A DNA stretch of 64,000 nucleotides from Octopus sinensis (GCF_006345805.1 NC_043003.1:11470001-11534000), one strand, 5' to 3'; shown: positions 11,400 to 24,086, counted from the stretch's first letter. Numbers and translations: made by a program. Notes: generated by a model not told the origin, from the letters alone.

Positions 11400-12120
11400 C
11401 ACAGGCAATGAATGGCTTTGTGCTTTTAGAAGATCATTTTCCAACCATGTGGCCCTGGGTTCAATACTGCTGTTTGGCACCTTAGTCAAGTGTCTGCCTC
11501 TTCTATAGCCCTGAGCTGATCAATGTCCTCTGAGTGGATTTGGTACATAGTTGTGTTAAGGCGGCGAGCTGGCAGAAACATTAGCACGCCGGGCGAAATG
11601 CTTAGTGGTATTTCGTCTGCCGTTACGTTCTGAGTTCAAATTCCGCCGAGGTCGACTTTGCTTTTCATCCTTTCAGGGTCGATAAATTAAATACCAATTA
11701 CACACTGGGGTCGATATTATCGACTTAATCCGTTTGTCTGTCCTTGTTTGTCCCCTCTGTGTTTAGCCCCTTGTAGGCAATAAAGAAATAAGAAATTGTG
11801 TGGAGGTTTCATTGTACACACACACACGTCCATGTTTTGTGTTTGTATCCCCTACCACCATCACTTGATAACTGGTATCTTTTACTAATACCCCAGGTCA
11901 ACTGATTCTTTGTGAGTGAATTTGGCTGATAGTAACTGTGGGGAATCCCATCATATATATATATATGTGTGTGTATGTGTGTTTGCCCTCCATCTCTGCA
12001 AACCGAATAGCGTTGGTTTGTTTCTGTCCCCATAACCTGGCAGTTCAGCAGAAGACATTGGGAGAATTACATGATGTGGAACAAAAAAAAAAAAAAAAAA
12101 AAAATACTGGGGTGGATTTA
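11400..12120 (+). mobile_element. Old degenerate SINE group A sequence with a SINE B inserted
   Basis: A head 11400-11548; A tail motifs 11800-12120. Confidence 0.6.
11560..11793 (+). mobile_element. SINE group B, young and near-consensus
   Basis: 'GGCGGCGAGCTGGCAGAAACATTAGCACGCCGGGCGAAATG...GAGTTCAAATTCCGCCGAGGTCGACTTTG...TTTAGCCCCTTGT'; CpGs retained. Confidence 0.9.
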
Positions 12121-12604
12121 AAGATAAAAGTTATGTCTTATTCAAAAATGTATGTCATAAATTTTTTGAAAACTGATTAGATTTGGGAGTAAAAAGGAAG
12201 AAAAAGAAAAAGATTATTACTTTTTAACTGTTTATTGTAAATTTTGCTTTAAAATCCAAAGAAAATATCCCCATGAAATTTGGTTTTGCATCTTATCACT
12301 TCAAGAATCCTTGTTCTGTCTCCTGCATTTGAAGCCATTGCTAAATCTGTCTCTTTTGTCCTTCATGAGTCAAAATATAAGTGCCAGTTGAATACTGGGG
12401 TTGATTTAATCAACTGAACTCTCATCCCAAAATATTTGGGCCTTGTTCCAGGGTGGTGGATTGACAGAATCTTTTGTGCATCTGACAAAATACCTTGTGG
12501 TTCCTCTTCTTTATATATCATTTTGGAATCCCTCCAAAATTAACTTGGCCTTTCATCATTCTGGCATTGATAAAATAAAGTATGTGTCAAGTACTGTTGT
12601 CATT

Positions 12605-12814
12605 TTAACCCTTTTGTTACTGTATTTATTTTGAGATGCTCTGTGTTTCTTTCAAAGAATTTAGTAAAATAACTTAGTTATCATTAAGTTAGTGTTAGGA
12701 ACATAAATTGTGACTAAGGTTTGGTGGAAGATTTTAATTCAAAACTTGTGAAAACAAGACATTTGTACTCAGAACCAGAGCTGGTTTCAGCCAGGTTGGT
12801 AACGAAAGGGTTAA
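12605..12814 (+). mobile_element. piggyBac-type MITE, family I
   Basis: TTAACCCTTTTGTTAC...GTAACGAAAGGGTTAA termini with TTAA at both ends. Confidence 0.9.
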
Positions 12815-13299
12815 ATGGCTATTCCCTCTTCCTGTAAAATTTGTGGTTTACCACCTTAGTGTTTAGAGTGATAACCTATCATAATAACTGTTAGAAACAA
12901 TATTATGATTGATTCTCATCCTAAATACCTAACATTTCTTCCAGACTGTTATTAGGAAATGCCTTGCTTTGTAAAATGTTTAATTAATATGCTTCAGGTT
13001 TTGTTATGCTGATCATTTCTAAAAAAGAATGAAGTTCTATCCATGTTTGAGAAATTCTGTGCTGAGGAACTCTACACAATTTCATTCTTTTAAAATTCTC
13101 GGGTCATAACCCGCTGAGTTGACTTACCTTTTCATAGCTTTGAAGTCAATTTGAATCTAAAATCATTCCATTATTCAGTCACATCTCATATTTGGCCTTA
13201 ATGGTGAGTCCAAGAAATTTTCCATTGGTTATTTTCTGATTCTTTGGGCAGTTCCTCATCCACCCATCACCTTTTCTTTTGTAACACTCAACATATTAA

Positions 13300-13460
13300 G
13301 TGGTCATGCATTCTCTCATAGCTTTGACATTTCAATGATGATGATTGTTTATTTTTAGAATGACATTGCAGGGTAGGTGTGAGAGACTGGATCTGGTCAG
13401 TTTTGAATATAAAATAGGTAGAATATTTGGGCTGGATATGGCCAGTTTAAAGGCTAATTG
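13300..13460 (+). mobile_element. piggyBac-type MITE family II fragment
   Basis: 'TTTTTAGAATGACATTGCAGGGTAGGTGTGAGAGACTGGATCTGG' is shared with 26230-26290 and 63220-63270. Confidence 0.7.
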
Positions 13461-13530
13461 GATAATTAAGAAGGATGTTCTTGTTATTTCGCCTTAATCA
13501 GTCTTGCTAAAGCACACTGTTGGTCTGAGG

Positions 13531-14043
13531 CAGTAGTTCTCAACCAGGGTCCACAAAAACCTTAAGGGTCCTTATAAGATTTTGTTGTTAAAATTTTTGT
13601 GCAATAAATTGCTTACACTTTTATCATACACAAAATATTTAAAAAATTCCTTTCTTTAAACAATTCCTGATAATATTTAATTATGAAAATATAATGGAAC
13701 TTTCTGGCTTCTGTGCCGGTGGCACGTAAACAGAATCACCCGATCGCGGTCGTTGCCAGCCTCACCTGGCACCTGTGCCGGTGGCACGTAAAAAGCACCC
13801 ACTACACACATGGAGTGGTTGGCGTTAGGAAGGGCATCCAGCTGTAGAAACATTGCCAGATCAGACTGGAGCCTGGTGCAGCCTCCTGGTTTCCCAGACC
13901 CCGGTCGAACCGTCCAACCCATGCTAGCATGGAAAACGGACGTTAAATGATGATGATGATGATGATTGAATGGCTACAAGGGTCCATCTGAATAAAATAA
14001 GAATCAAAGGGGTCCCTTGTGAAGACATGTTTGAGAAACAATG
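13531..14043. mobile_element. hAT-type MITE with a group C element inserted
   Basis: CAGTAGTTCTCAACC...GTTTGAGAAACAATG termini; 'GAATAAAATAAGAATCAAAGGGG' shared with about 10385. Confidence 0.6.
13706..13966 (+). mobile_element. Group C element, near-consensus
   Basis: 'GGCGTTAGGAAGGGCATCCAGCTGTAGAAAC...CCGTCCAACCCATGCTAGCATGGAAAACGGACGTTAAATGATGATGAT'. Confidence 0.9.
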
Positions 14044-15742
14044 ATCTAGATTCATTCTGCCCCTTTTGTTACCTTAATGATCATATCTTTTTGCCCTGCC
14101 AGCAGTCTAATCCACCCCAGTATGGAAGCTGGGTGGTTAAATGACACCGATGATAACAGTGAGTGCAACTTTGATTCTGATGACTTATGTGTCCTTACAT
14201 TATTGAAAATACAGTAGTGTGTGATATAAGAGAAATTTGGTTGTTATTTCTAGCACGATGGACAACCCCCGTACTTCCTCCCTCCCACCGCCACACCCTT
14301 CGGTTGTGGTAGTGACGATCAGATTCGTGTATGTATGTGTGTGCGTGTGACTGTGCACGTGCACTTATAAATTTCCACTGTACAGAAAGAACCTGGCAAT
14401 AATTAAAAATGCTGTCGAGCACCTGCAGAACTTGTCTATCCTGTTTCATAGAATATCTACATTGTAAAGTAATGTTTGCATTGAAGAGGTTTGCTTCTGA
14501 GGTCAACTTCTCATGTTTACTCTGCTGTGTTCTTTATTTTAAACTCTTTTTTTTTTATGGCTCTTAATCTGGGACTTTATTTTCTTCACACACACACACA
14601 AACACACACACACACCCTTTCTTTAACAGATGGTGCCATTATTTTCATAGTTCTTACGTAGAGAAGCACATGTCATATTATACTTATTTTATAGCTCTAA
14701 TATTCATACATACACTCATATACACAATAATATGTGTGTGTGTGTGTGTGTATGTGCATACACATTCAGACTTATGTATGTGTACACACACACAAATTAG
14801 TATTAGCAGATATTTTATATAATATTAGTTGCCTTGGTAAAATCCTAAATTTAAAGCTACTCACAGATGGTGAGTACATTGCAACTTCAGACTTGTTACC
14901 AATGCTACAACTTGCACTCTTTAAACTTTGGTTCCGACCACGCACCACAATATGTCTAAAAAGCTACATCCCACAGATAAACTACCTGTTCATCACTAGA
15001 AAATGCTGACCATCTCAAAAGCAGAAATAGAATCTATATTAACCCCTTTCATTACTGTATTTCTGTTAAAATGCACTGCTTTTGTTTAATTTAATTTGGA
15101 AAATAATAAAGAATTTTGCCGGGTAAAACAAAACTTTGCTATTATTAATCTGGAACATAAATTTACCTGAGCTTTTAATACAAGGTTTTCATTCAGATCA
15201 CTTTAACCTTGTAGTATTTGAGATTTCAATGATGAAATTGTTTATTTTTAGAACGACAGTTTAATTATGCTAGCAAAAGATGAGCTGGTATCATCTTTTG
15301 CCTTTTGGGGACCTCATTTAGTTAAGAAAAGTCAAGGACTAATTAAGAAACATGAAAAATGCTTAATTAAAAAAAAGGATGAAACTTGAACATAGTTGTA
15401 TTTTTAACATAACATGTTTGAAAGAAAAGTTGCTCCCTAATTAGGCATATGTGCACACACACTTGCATGTGTGCATGCACGCACACTGTTATAAAACAAT
15501 AAGGCAAACATAACATATTGCTACTGTATCTCTCATTTGGTATCAATGTTGGATGTGACCGGACAATGTTTCTTTTACTGGTTTCAGTAATTAAACTCGG
15601 GCCATGCTGGGGCACAGCTTTCAAGGGCTTAGTCAGTCATATCAACCATATGACTTTGTTTGGTACTTATTTATCTAACATAGTTGGTGTATACCAAAAG
15701 CCATAACCAAGACAAAATGAACATTTAAAAAAATTTTTATTA

Positions 15743-16111
15743 GGCATTTGTGTGATAGGTAGCTTGCTTACCAACCACATGGTTCTGGGTTCAGTCCCAC
15801 TGCAGGGAACCTTGGGCAAGTGTCTTCTACTGTAGCCTTGGGCCGACCAAAGCCTTGTGAGTGGATTTGGTAGATGGAAACTGAAAGAAGCCCATTGTAT
15901 ATATATGTGTTTGTGTTTGCCCTTCCAACATCACTTGACAACCGATGCTGGTGTGTTTATGTCCCCGTAACTTAGTGGTTTGGCAAAAGAGACCGATAGT
16001 ATAAATACTAGGCTTATATACAATAAGTCCTGGGGTTGATTTGCTCGACTAAAGGTGGTGCTCCAGTATGGCTGCAGTCAAATGACTGAAACAAGTAAAA
16101 GAGTAAAAGAG
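15743..16111 (+). mobile_element. Full-length SINE group A
   Basis: tRNA-like head (B box 'GGTTCAGTCCC'), CORE-like 'CCTTGGGCAAGTGTCTTC', central (TA/TG)n, tail ending 'GAAACAAGTAAAAGAGTAAAAGAG'. Confidence 0.92.
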
Positions 16112-16360
16112 ATTTTGTGGTCCTTTACTGATACAAACACTCCAGTGTCCTTTTACACCTGTGTCTCTCAACCATATTCTACCTGTGGATTCCTTTGATT
16201 CGTAATTTACTCTGCTAGATCCCAATAAATATTCACTGTATATAACAAAAAGCTGAAACATTTTGAGCATTGTAGAAGAGTAACTAATTTATTGCACAAA
16301 ATTTTAACAACAAAATGAACCCTGGTCAAGGACCACTGTTTTACACAATATTCATATAAC

Positions 16361-16568
16361 ACAATTGCAGTGTGGAAGGTGTTTATAAGCCATTTAAAAA
16401 TACACAAAAACTGTTAGATTCACGTCAGCATAGAATTTTGCCAGTGAACAGGACGTGGTCTCAAAGCGACAAAGATATTTTGACAAATTAAATTTAAATG
16501 TAGAAGTGAATCTAGCAGTTTTTGTGTGCTTTTAAATGGCTTATAAATACCTTCCATGCTGCAATTGT
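16361..16568. mobile_element. Foldback/MITE with ~63-bp imperfect terminal inverted repeats
   Basis: 16361-16423 (ACAATTGCAG...TAGATTCAC) is the near reverse complement of 16506-16568 (GTGAATCTA...CTGCAATTGT). Confidence 0.85.
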
Positions 16569-16660
16569 TTTTGTTTCAGCTCCTGATCTCAGATCAAGTA
16601 ACTTGCTATGCAAGTACATCTCCGTAAAATCATATAACACAATATTCATATAACCAGACA

Positions 16661-17215
16661 CAGGAGTGGCTGTGTGGTAAGTAGCTTGCTTACCAACCAC
16701 ATGTTTCTGGGTTCTTGTGAGTGAATTTGGTAGACGGAAACTGAAAGAAGCCTGTCGTATATATATATTTATTGCCAGTGCTGCTGGACTGGCTCCTGTG
16801 CAGGTGGCACGTAAAAAACACCATTTGAGTGTGGCCATTGCCAGTACCGCCTGACTGGCCCTTGTGCCGGTGGCACATAAAAGCATCCACTACACTCTCA
16901 GAGTGGTTGGCGTTAGGAAGGGCATCCAGTTGTAGAAACTCTGTTAGATCAGATTGGAGCCTTGTGTGGCCTTCTTGTTCGCCAGACCTCGGTCAAATCG
17001 TCCAACCCATGGAAAGTGGATGTTAAACGATGATGAGGATGATGATGTATGTATTTGAGTGCCTGTGTTTTTCTCCCCCCCCCCCCCCACCATTGCTTGA
17101 CAACCGATGTTGGTGTGTTTACGTCTCTGTAAACGTAGCAGTTCAGCAAAGGAGACCAATAGAATAAGTACTAGGCTTACAAAGAATAAGTCCTGCGGTC
17201 AGTTTGTTCGACCCA
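16661..17215 (+). mobile_element. SINE group A split by a group C insertion (about 16775-17045)
   Basis: A head 16661-16765, C element in the central (TA)n, A tail 17050-17215. Confidence 0.85.
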
Positions 17216-17504
17216 AGGCTACAATGTCAGACTACTCTTTCCCATGGTGTCTTAGGATCAAACTGAGAAACCGGTCATTGTGAAACGGATTTCTTAACCA
17301 TCCTTGCTTGCCTCTTTTTTTAATTTTCTGCTGCTGCCTGTTTCTTTGGTGGAATGTGATGAACAGGCACAGCTGACTGGATGCTGATGATGTGGCACCA
17401 TTGACTGGACGCTCAGCCTGTTTTGGTGACTGTAATTTTTGACACTGGAGGCAGACACGCCCACTGCATGGGTGTGTAGAAATAGACAGATACTGACAGA
17501 TACT

Positions 17505-18141
17505 GCAATTTATTACTGGAACACGGTGGACATGAATACTCATACGCATAAGCAGAGGGAGGGAAGGGGGAACATTACACATACATAGAAACATAACTGA
17601 ATGCTCACCTGTAACCAGAGAGAGGGGGGAGGGAGGGAGTGAGAGACTTTACTCTTTGTTAATTGAACATAATTGATGTGAAACTCATAAGCATAAAGAG
17701 AGATATGCTCACAGACCGAAAGAGAGAGAGGTGGGGAGACATTACATATACATAGAAACATAACCAGAAGCTCACGTGTAATGAGAGAGAGAGAGTGAGA
17801 GAAAACAGATTTTACTATTTATTAATTGAACATAATTGATATAAGACTCGTATGTATAAGGAGAGAGAGTGAGAGAGAGAGGGGGAGAGAGAAACAGTTA
17901 GACATTACAGATACATATAAGCATAACTAGATGTTCCCACACATAAACAGAGAGAGAAAGAAAGAGAGAAGGAGAGAGAAAGAGAGGGAGAGAGAGAGAG
18001 AGATGGTGAGACAGAGTAGAGAGAGAGAGAGATTACAATATATTAATTGAACACGACTGACATAAACACTTTATCCCTTCTCCTCATACACGTAAAATGA
18101 AGTGGAGAGGCATTACAATTCCATGCAAACACAACCAGATG

Positions 18142-18205
<64 letters not shown>

Positions 18206-18210
18206 TTAAT
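17505..18210. repeat. Four to five diverged copies of a ~160-220-bp unit with (GA)n blocks
   Basis: 'TTAATTGAACA' at 17659, 17822 and 18043; 'CATTACA..TACATA..AACATAAC..GA.GCTCA' repeated. Confidence 0.75.
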
Positions 18211-18249
18211 ATACGAGAAATATTAAGACGTCTATTGTAAAGGCATTTT

Positions 18250-18540
18250 AATAAACACCCACTACACTCTTGGAGTGAGTGGTTGGCGTTAGGAAGGGCA
18301 TCCAGCCATAGGAACATTGCCGGATCAGATCAGAACCTGGTGCAGCCTCCACCCCACCCGCTTCTTACCCTGGTTTTCAGTCAAACCATCCAACCCATGC
18401 CAGCATGAAAAGCAGATGTTAACTGATGATGGAGATGGCAAGGAGGATGATGATGATGATGATGATGACGACGATCATGATAATGATGGTGATGATAACG
18501 ATGATTATGATGACAGCGATGCTGATTATGATGATGATAT
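18250..18540 (+). mobile_element. Group C element with an expanded (GAT)n tail
   Basis: 'GGTTGGCGTTAGGAAGGGCATCCAGCC...CCAACCCATGCCAGCATG' followed by a long GAT/GAC tract. Confidence 0.85.
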
Positions 18541-19249
18541 CAGCGTCAAATCAGCAGTGCCACAACAGCAGTGCCGAAATGTCTCATACCGTTCTGTAGA
18601 TCACAAAAGGTATTTCCCCCGTGTCTAATGTTAATACCTTGAGAAACAACAACACGTTAATTGGGTGACAAGAAGCAAACCCTATCTAATTTTCAGCTCA
18701 ACTTATTGGTAAATGCTAGTGAAGGTTTCCCATTATCTTGCATTTACCATCACACAAGAATTGATGTCTGTAGTTTTCTAAATTTGTTAATGCACCTGCC
18801 TGGTTGTTGGATCAATTTCTCCAGCTATTTACAATCTAATTAACAACCAAACTTAATGAAACTCTACTTTGGTGATCTGGCTAATGACTATAATCAGTTT
18901 TTGAAGTAGTATGCACATGCATACGCACTCATATGCAAATGGCTCTAATCAATTTTTTTTAAATATATTAATACACACATACACACACATTCACAAACAC
19001 ACTCACATATTCACAAACACGCACATACATTCTCAAACACACACACATTCCTAAACACACATACATTCTCGAACACACACACATTCACAAACACACTCAC
19101 ATACACATTCTCAAACACACACACACACACACATGCATTCTCAAACACACAAGCACACACACATTCCCAAACACACACACACACACACACACACATGCAC
19201 ATATGCAAATGACTATTATCAGGTTTTGAAATATTTGTAAAAGCACTCA

Positions 19250-19294
<45 letters not shown>

Positions 19295-19890
19295 CTCACA
19301 CATTCTCTTTTGTATGGTCATATGTGGCCCTATGTGTGTGAGAGAAAGAGAGAAAAAGGGCATATTGAGACTATGTCAACAAGAGTTTCCTTCCTACACT
19401 CTGTCTGTCTGTCTGTCTGCCTGTTGTCTTCCATTATCTTTCCAACCCCGCCCTCCACACATGAATAAATTCAGGTGTGGGGGTTATTTCTAAACCATAT
19501 TTACTGAGGCAGAATACCAGAAGTTTCAGAAAATAAACCATTAATTGTCATATCATTGATTTCAAAATGGAGGTTCACAGAAAGAAGAAGGAGGAGGAGG
19601 GGGGGCAGCTGGTTTATGAAACATTTTTTTGTGCACTTTTCACCTAAATGCCATTATGTCAAATATTCTGAGAGTTACCATGATGACTGAAGAAGGAATT
19701 AATTGGGTTGATTATCTCACCTTAAGAAGTGTTAGTCCATATTCTGCTTCTGGTATTCTTCAGCTTCCTGGGTTTAGTATTGTATTAATCCATTAGTTAC
19801 CATATTTCTCTTGGAACTACATTGCTTTCGTTTCAATTCTTTGTGTAAAAGAAAAAAAAAAAGGTGCTGGTGGTAAGAATTTGTTTCCCA

Positions 19891-20114
19891 GCGAGCTGGC
19901 AGAAACACTAGCATGCTGGGCGAAATGCTTAGTGGTATTTCATCTGTCTTTATGTTTTGAGTTCAAATTCCGCCGAGGTCGACTTTGTCTTTCATCCTTT
20001 CCGGGTCGATAAATTAAGTACCAGTTACGCACTGGGGTCGATGTAAACGACTTAATCCCTTTGTCTGTCCTTGTTTGTCCCCTCTATGTTTAGCCCCTTG
20101 TGGGCAATAAGGAA
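19891..20114 (+). mobile_element. SINE group B inserted into a SINE A head, with a target-site duplication
   Basis: 'TAAGAATTTGTTTCCCAGC' occurs at 19874-19892 and 20115-20133. Confidence 0.9.
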
Positions 20115-20363
20115 TAAGAATTTGTTTCCCAGCTAGCCAGTTCCAGGTTCAGTCCCACTGGATGGTACCTTGGGCAAGTGTCTTCTACTGTATCCCCAGA
20201 TTCATCAAACCCTTATTATTGGATCTGACAGATGGAAGCTGAGAGAAGCCTAGCATAGTTGTGTGGTAAGAAGTTTGATGTAATCGATTCCACCTCACCA
20301 TAAAAATTGCTGGCCTTGTGCCAAAATTTTAAACCATTATTAAGTTAGTATTGAGAACATATA

Positions 20364-20526
20364 GGTGCAGACGTGGCTGAGTGGTAAGAAGCTTGCTTCT
20401 TAACTACATGGTTCCGGATTCAGTCCCACTGCATGGCACTTTGGGCAAGTGTCTTCTACTATAGCCTCGGGTCAACCAAAGCCTTGTGATTGGATTAGGC
20501 AGACAAAAACTGAAAGAAGCCCATCA

Positions 20527-20585
<59 letters not shown>

Positions 20586-21140
20586 CTGGCGGCACATGGC
20601 CTAGTGGTTAGAGCAGTGGACTCACAGTCGAAGGATCGTGGGTTTGAATCTCAGACCGGGTGATGTATGTGTTTATGAGTGAAACACCTAAGCTCCATGC
20701 GGCTCCTGCAGAAGGTAATGGCGAACTTCTGCTAACTCTTTCACCACGACATTCTCTCACTCTTTCATCCTGCATCTTGCAGCTTACTTGCGACGGACCG
20801 GCATCCTGTCCAGGTGGGGAACCTATACACCAAGGAAACCGGGAAACCAGCCCTCATGAGCCAGGCGTGGCTTGAGAAGGAACAAACAGCAAAATATATA
20901 TGTGTGTGTGTGTGTGTGTGTATGTGTGTATACATTTGTGTGCTTGTGTTCCCCCCCCCATCACTTGACAACTGATGTTGGTTTGTTTACATCCCTGTAA
21001 CTTAGTGGTTTAGCAAAAGGGGCTGATAGAATAAGTACTAGGCTTACAAAGATTAAGCCCTGGGGTCAATTTGTTCAACTAAAGGCGATGCTCCAGCATG
21101 GCCACAGTCAAATGAGTGAAGCAAATTAAAGAATAAAAGA
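20364..21140 (+). mobile_element. SINE group A split by a SINE D insertion
   Basis: A head 20364-20525; A tail 20900-21140. Confidence 0.85.
20588..20892 (+). mobile_element. SINE group D (tRNA-derived head)
   Basis: A box 'TGGCCTAGTGG' and B box 'GGTTTGAATC'; second copy at 44085-44385 on the minus strand. Confidence 0.88.
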
Positions 21141-21496
21141 ACGAACATGAAATTGTGATGGAAGGTTTTAATTTAGATCCCTCGAACCACAACAACATTG
21201 ATCATGGAACCAAAGAGTGGTCTCTGCTGGGTTGGCAGCATCAAAAGTATTTAAATTATTTCTATGCCATTTTCTGAGCTTTTGAGCGAGAAAGCTTAAA
21301 ATGAAAATAATTTAAAGGCGGTGCTCGTTTTAACCGAAATTAATATTAACCGATATTCTACTAAGTATTGAAATCCATCTTTCTGTATTTAACCGTATTC
21401 CAATTAGTGAAATTCTTTAGTTATTCTTCTGGTATTTTATTTATGCCTATGGGTTTGTGTGTAAGTGTGTGTGTATATATATGTTATGTGTATATA

Positions 21497-21879
21497 TCTC
21501 TCTATATAAACGGCAGTTTGTCTGTCTGCATGTCTGTGTGTCTGTTAGGTTGTACCCTCACCCTGACCACGGCTTTCAACCGTTTCTGATGAAACTTGAC
21601 ACACACATAGCCCAATGTCATAATTCAAAACTAACGCAGCGAAAATTTTGAAAAGTTCCCCCAGTTCTGAAAAAAATCGATAAATTCGACATGGGGTCGA
21701 GAATCAGAAACACAAACCGCAAACTGTCTAGGGGACGCAACTCGACCTTTTTAACTCTCAAAAAAAAATTTACCATCATTTTTTTTCCATTTTGTTGCTA
21801 TTTTTTGGCTATAACTCTCTAAAGAGGCTTTATAGTTATTTCCCTTACAAACCCGAGCAACGCCGGGCGATACTGCTAG
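21497..21879 (+). mobile_element. Non-autonomous Helitron
   Basis: 5' TC..TATATAAA start, internal (GTCT)n, subterminal hairpin CCCGAGCAACGCCGGG (21852-21867), 3' CTAG (21876-21879) followed by T. Confidence 0.8.
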
Positions 21880-22134
21880 TGTATAATATATATATATATG
21901 AATATATATACATATATGTATATATATGTGTGTGTGTGTGTACACACATATATCGTCATCATTTAATATCTGTTCATGCTAAAAGTGATGATGTATATAT
22001 ATAAACACACATGCATACATATGAATATATATATACATACACACGTGCATATAAATACGCACACATGCATGTAAATATACAAGCATGCATATAAATACAT
22101 ACTCACACATGTAAATATATGTGTATGTATATAC

Positions 22135-22209
22135 TCGAAGATGAGAGGTTACACACACACACACACACACACATGTATATATGTATATGTATATACCTGG
22201 AGATGAGAG

Positions 22210-22247
<38 letters not shown>

Positions 22248-22380
22248 TGTGTATGTATATACTTGAAGATGAGAGATTATACGCACACACACATGTATAC
22301 ACGTGTATGTATTGTACCTGAAGATGAGAAATTATACACATGTATATATGAATATGTATATATGTGATGATGAGAGAGGT
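22135..22380. repeat. About five copies of a ~60-bp unit 'GAAGATGAGAGATTA(CA)n..(TA/TG)n'
   Basis: The GA(A/G)GATGAGA motif occurs at about 22137, 22200, 22265, 22320 and 22368. Confidence 0.8.
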
Positions 22381-22606
22381 TATACTAACAAAGACATAAA
22401 TAACACATTATAAAATGAATAATAACCTCCAAAATTAAAATTATTAACCTGTCAGTCTGTTTGCATAACCAACTGAAGACCGTGTTTAGTTGAGCTTATC
22501 TTTCTCCAAGGTTAACACAGAGGGATGGACATTGGTTATATCGCCCGTTTCTTATTTCGGAGAATTTATTTTCTACATTATTGCAATAGCTCCCTTCAAG
22601 AATCGG

Positions 22607-22638
<32 letters not shown>

Positions 22639-22829
22639 TGATGTGGAACACGTACACTGCCAAAACTGAATCCTGACAAATGAGAATATTGGTTTCTGAT
22701 ATAAACCAAAGACTTTCGTATATAAAAGAGAAACAGCGAGAGAGTGTGAGGATCAGGACCAGCCTTAGTGTATCGGCAATTTAATTGGAGAGGAATTGGC
22801 TGCCATCGTCATTGTCATCATCACTGTCG

Positions 22830-23215
22830 TCATCGCTGTCATTGTTTTTAATGTCCACTTTTCCATTCTTGCATAAGTCAAATAGAATTTGTTGAGGCAG
22901 GTTTTCTATGAGCCAGTTGCTATTCTTGCCACCAACTCTCACCTCTTTACATTTTGGGTAATATTTCCCTAATGGTCAGACATGTTTTCTATGGAAGACT
23001 GGAATGGAAAGAAACACCTTCACATACATACATGATGATAATGATGATGATGATTGTTTGCATCCATCACATGGTGTCAAGGCAACGGCATGTGCATGTG
23101 TGTGCACACACACACACCTATATGTATGACAGGCTTCCTTCAGTTTCTGTCTACCAAATTCACAAGGTTTTGGTTTGCCTGGGGCTATAATAGAAGACAC
23201 ATATATAGGAATTGA
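22830..23215 (-). mobile_element. SINE with A head plus G body
   Basis: A-head reverse complement 23125-23215; G body 'CCACTTTTCCATTCTTGCAT...GAATTTGTTGAGGCAGGTTTTCTA'. Confidence 0.7.
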
Positions 23216-23429
23216 AATCATATGGCTCCCACCTGCTAGTAACTTCTCTCTCTCATCTCAAAATGAAATTTAAAGAATTGTTTCTGAAACAACTACAAAA
23301 TTTTTGGGTGGAGCTACAAGGAATTTTTAATGCTGATGCATTTCCCAAGGGAATGTTTTTTTTTTATCTGTTTACTTGCAGAGCCAAGGTATAGTCTTTG
23401 CAGCCCCTCCTAGTTTAGTGAGGTTGGTT

Positions 23430-23900
23430 CCATTAGCATTCCTCTTGAACCCTTTTCAGTCTAAAACTTGTGGGAAAGAAATGAGCTGGGAAGGGAATTG
23501 TTGAGGACCAACATTCTTAGAAAAAAGGAGGTAGTGCAGTGTTTAGGAATTAGTACAGAGTTTAAGGGGTTTAGACAACAAAATGGGGGTTGAAAGGAGA
23601 AATGAGCCGGATAGGAATACTTGAGTGGAGGGAGCATTGCCGAGTCAGCTGTGAGAAGCAGAGGCCATTATAGATGCAGCAGAAAATGTGGAGAAGTGAG
23701 GCAGCATGCCTGTGGGGCTGGAGGCTGGTGCGCATCTGTGAATGAGGTTATACCAATCAGTTGGGTGGCCCTTCTTTTAGATGTGGGCTATGATGCTTGT
23801 GTATGTGGTAACAACACTGACCCAGATATGAGGACAATACTCCATTGCAGGTCTTAACTGGTTTGTAGAGTGTCAATAAATGTTGGGGGTTAAAGGATTA
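23430..23900 (-). mobile_element. Decayed 3' end of a CR1/Jockey-group LINE ORF2
   Basis: Minus-strand peptides 'LLTLYK', 'LRPAMEYCPHIW' (23822-23854) and 'HRHAASLLHIFCCIYNGLC' (23658-23714) resemble the post-RT C-terminus of CR1/Jockey-group LINEs; frameshifts and stops are present. Confidence 0.75.
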
Positions 23901-24086
23901 AAGTATGTTCTGACCCTAAAAAGAAGGGCCAGTCAATGGGATCAAAAAAAAGAAAATGTTTTTTATTGTTTTTTTTTGTGTACCCTGAAACGCTGGAATT
24001 TCGAGAATAAGAAAAGGAGACGTCACTGTAATCATAAAATTAGTTAGAACCAGTGTCATAGCACCCACATAACTGCCCTGAACAGC

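Noticed and set aside
18317-18628. Asp-rich 103-aa ORF
   Set aside because: It is a group C element body plus its expanded (GAT)n tail.
20588-20660. tRNA-like sequences (also at 44315-44385, 53266-53335, 55409-55480)
   Set aside because: They have A and B boxes but no complete cloverleaf, and continue into multi-copy SINE bodies: SINE heads, not tRNA genes.
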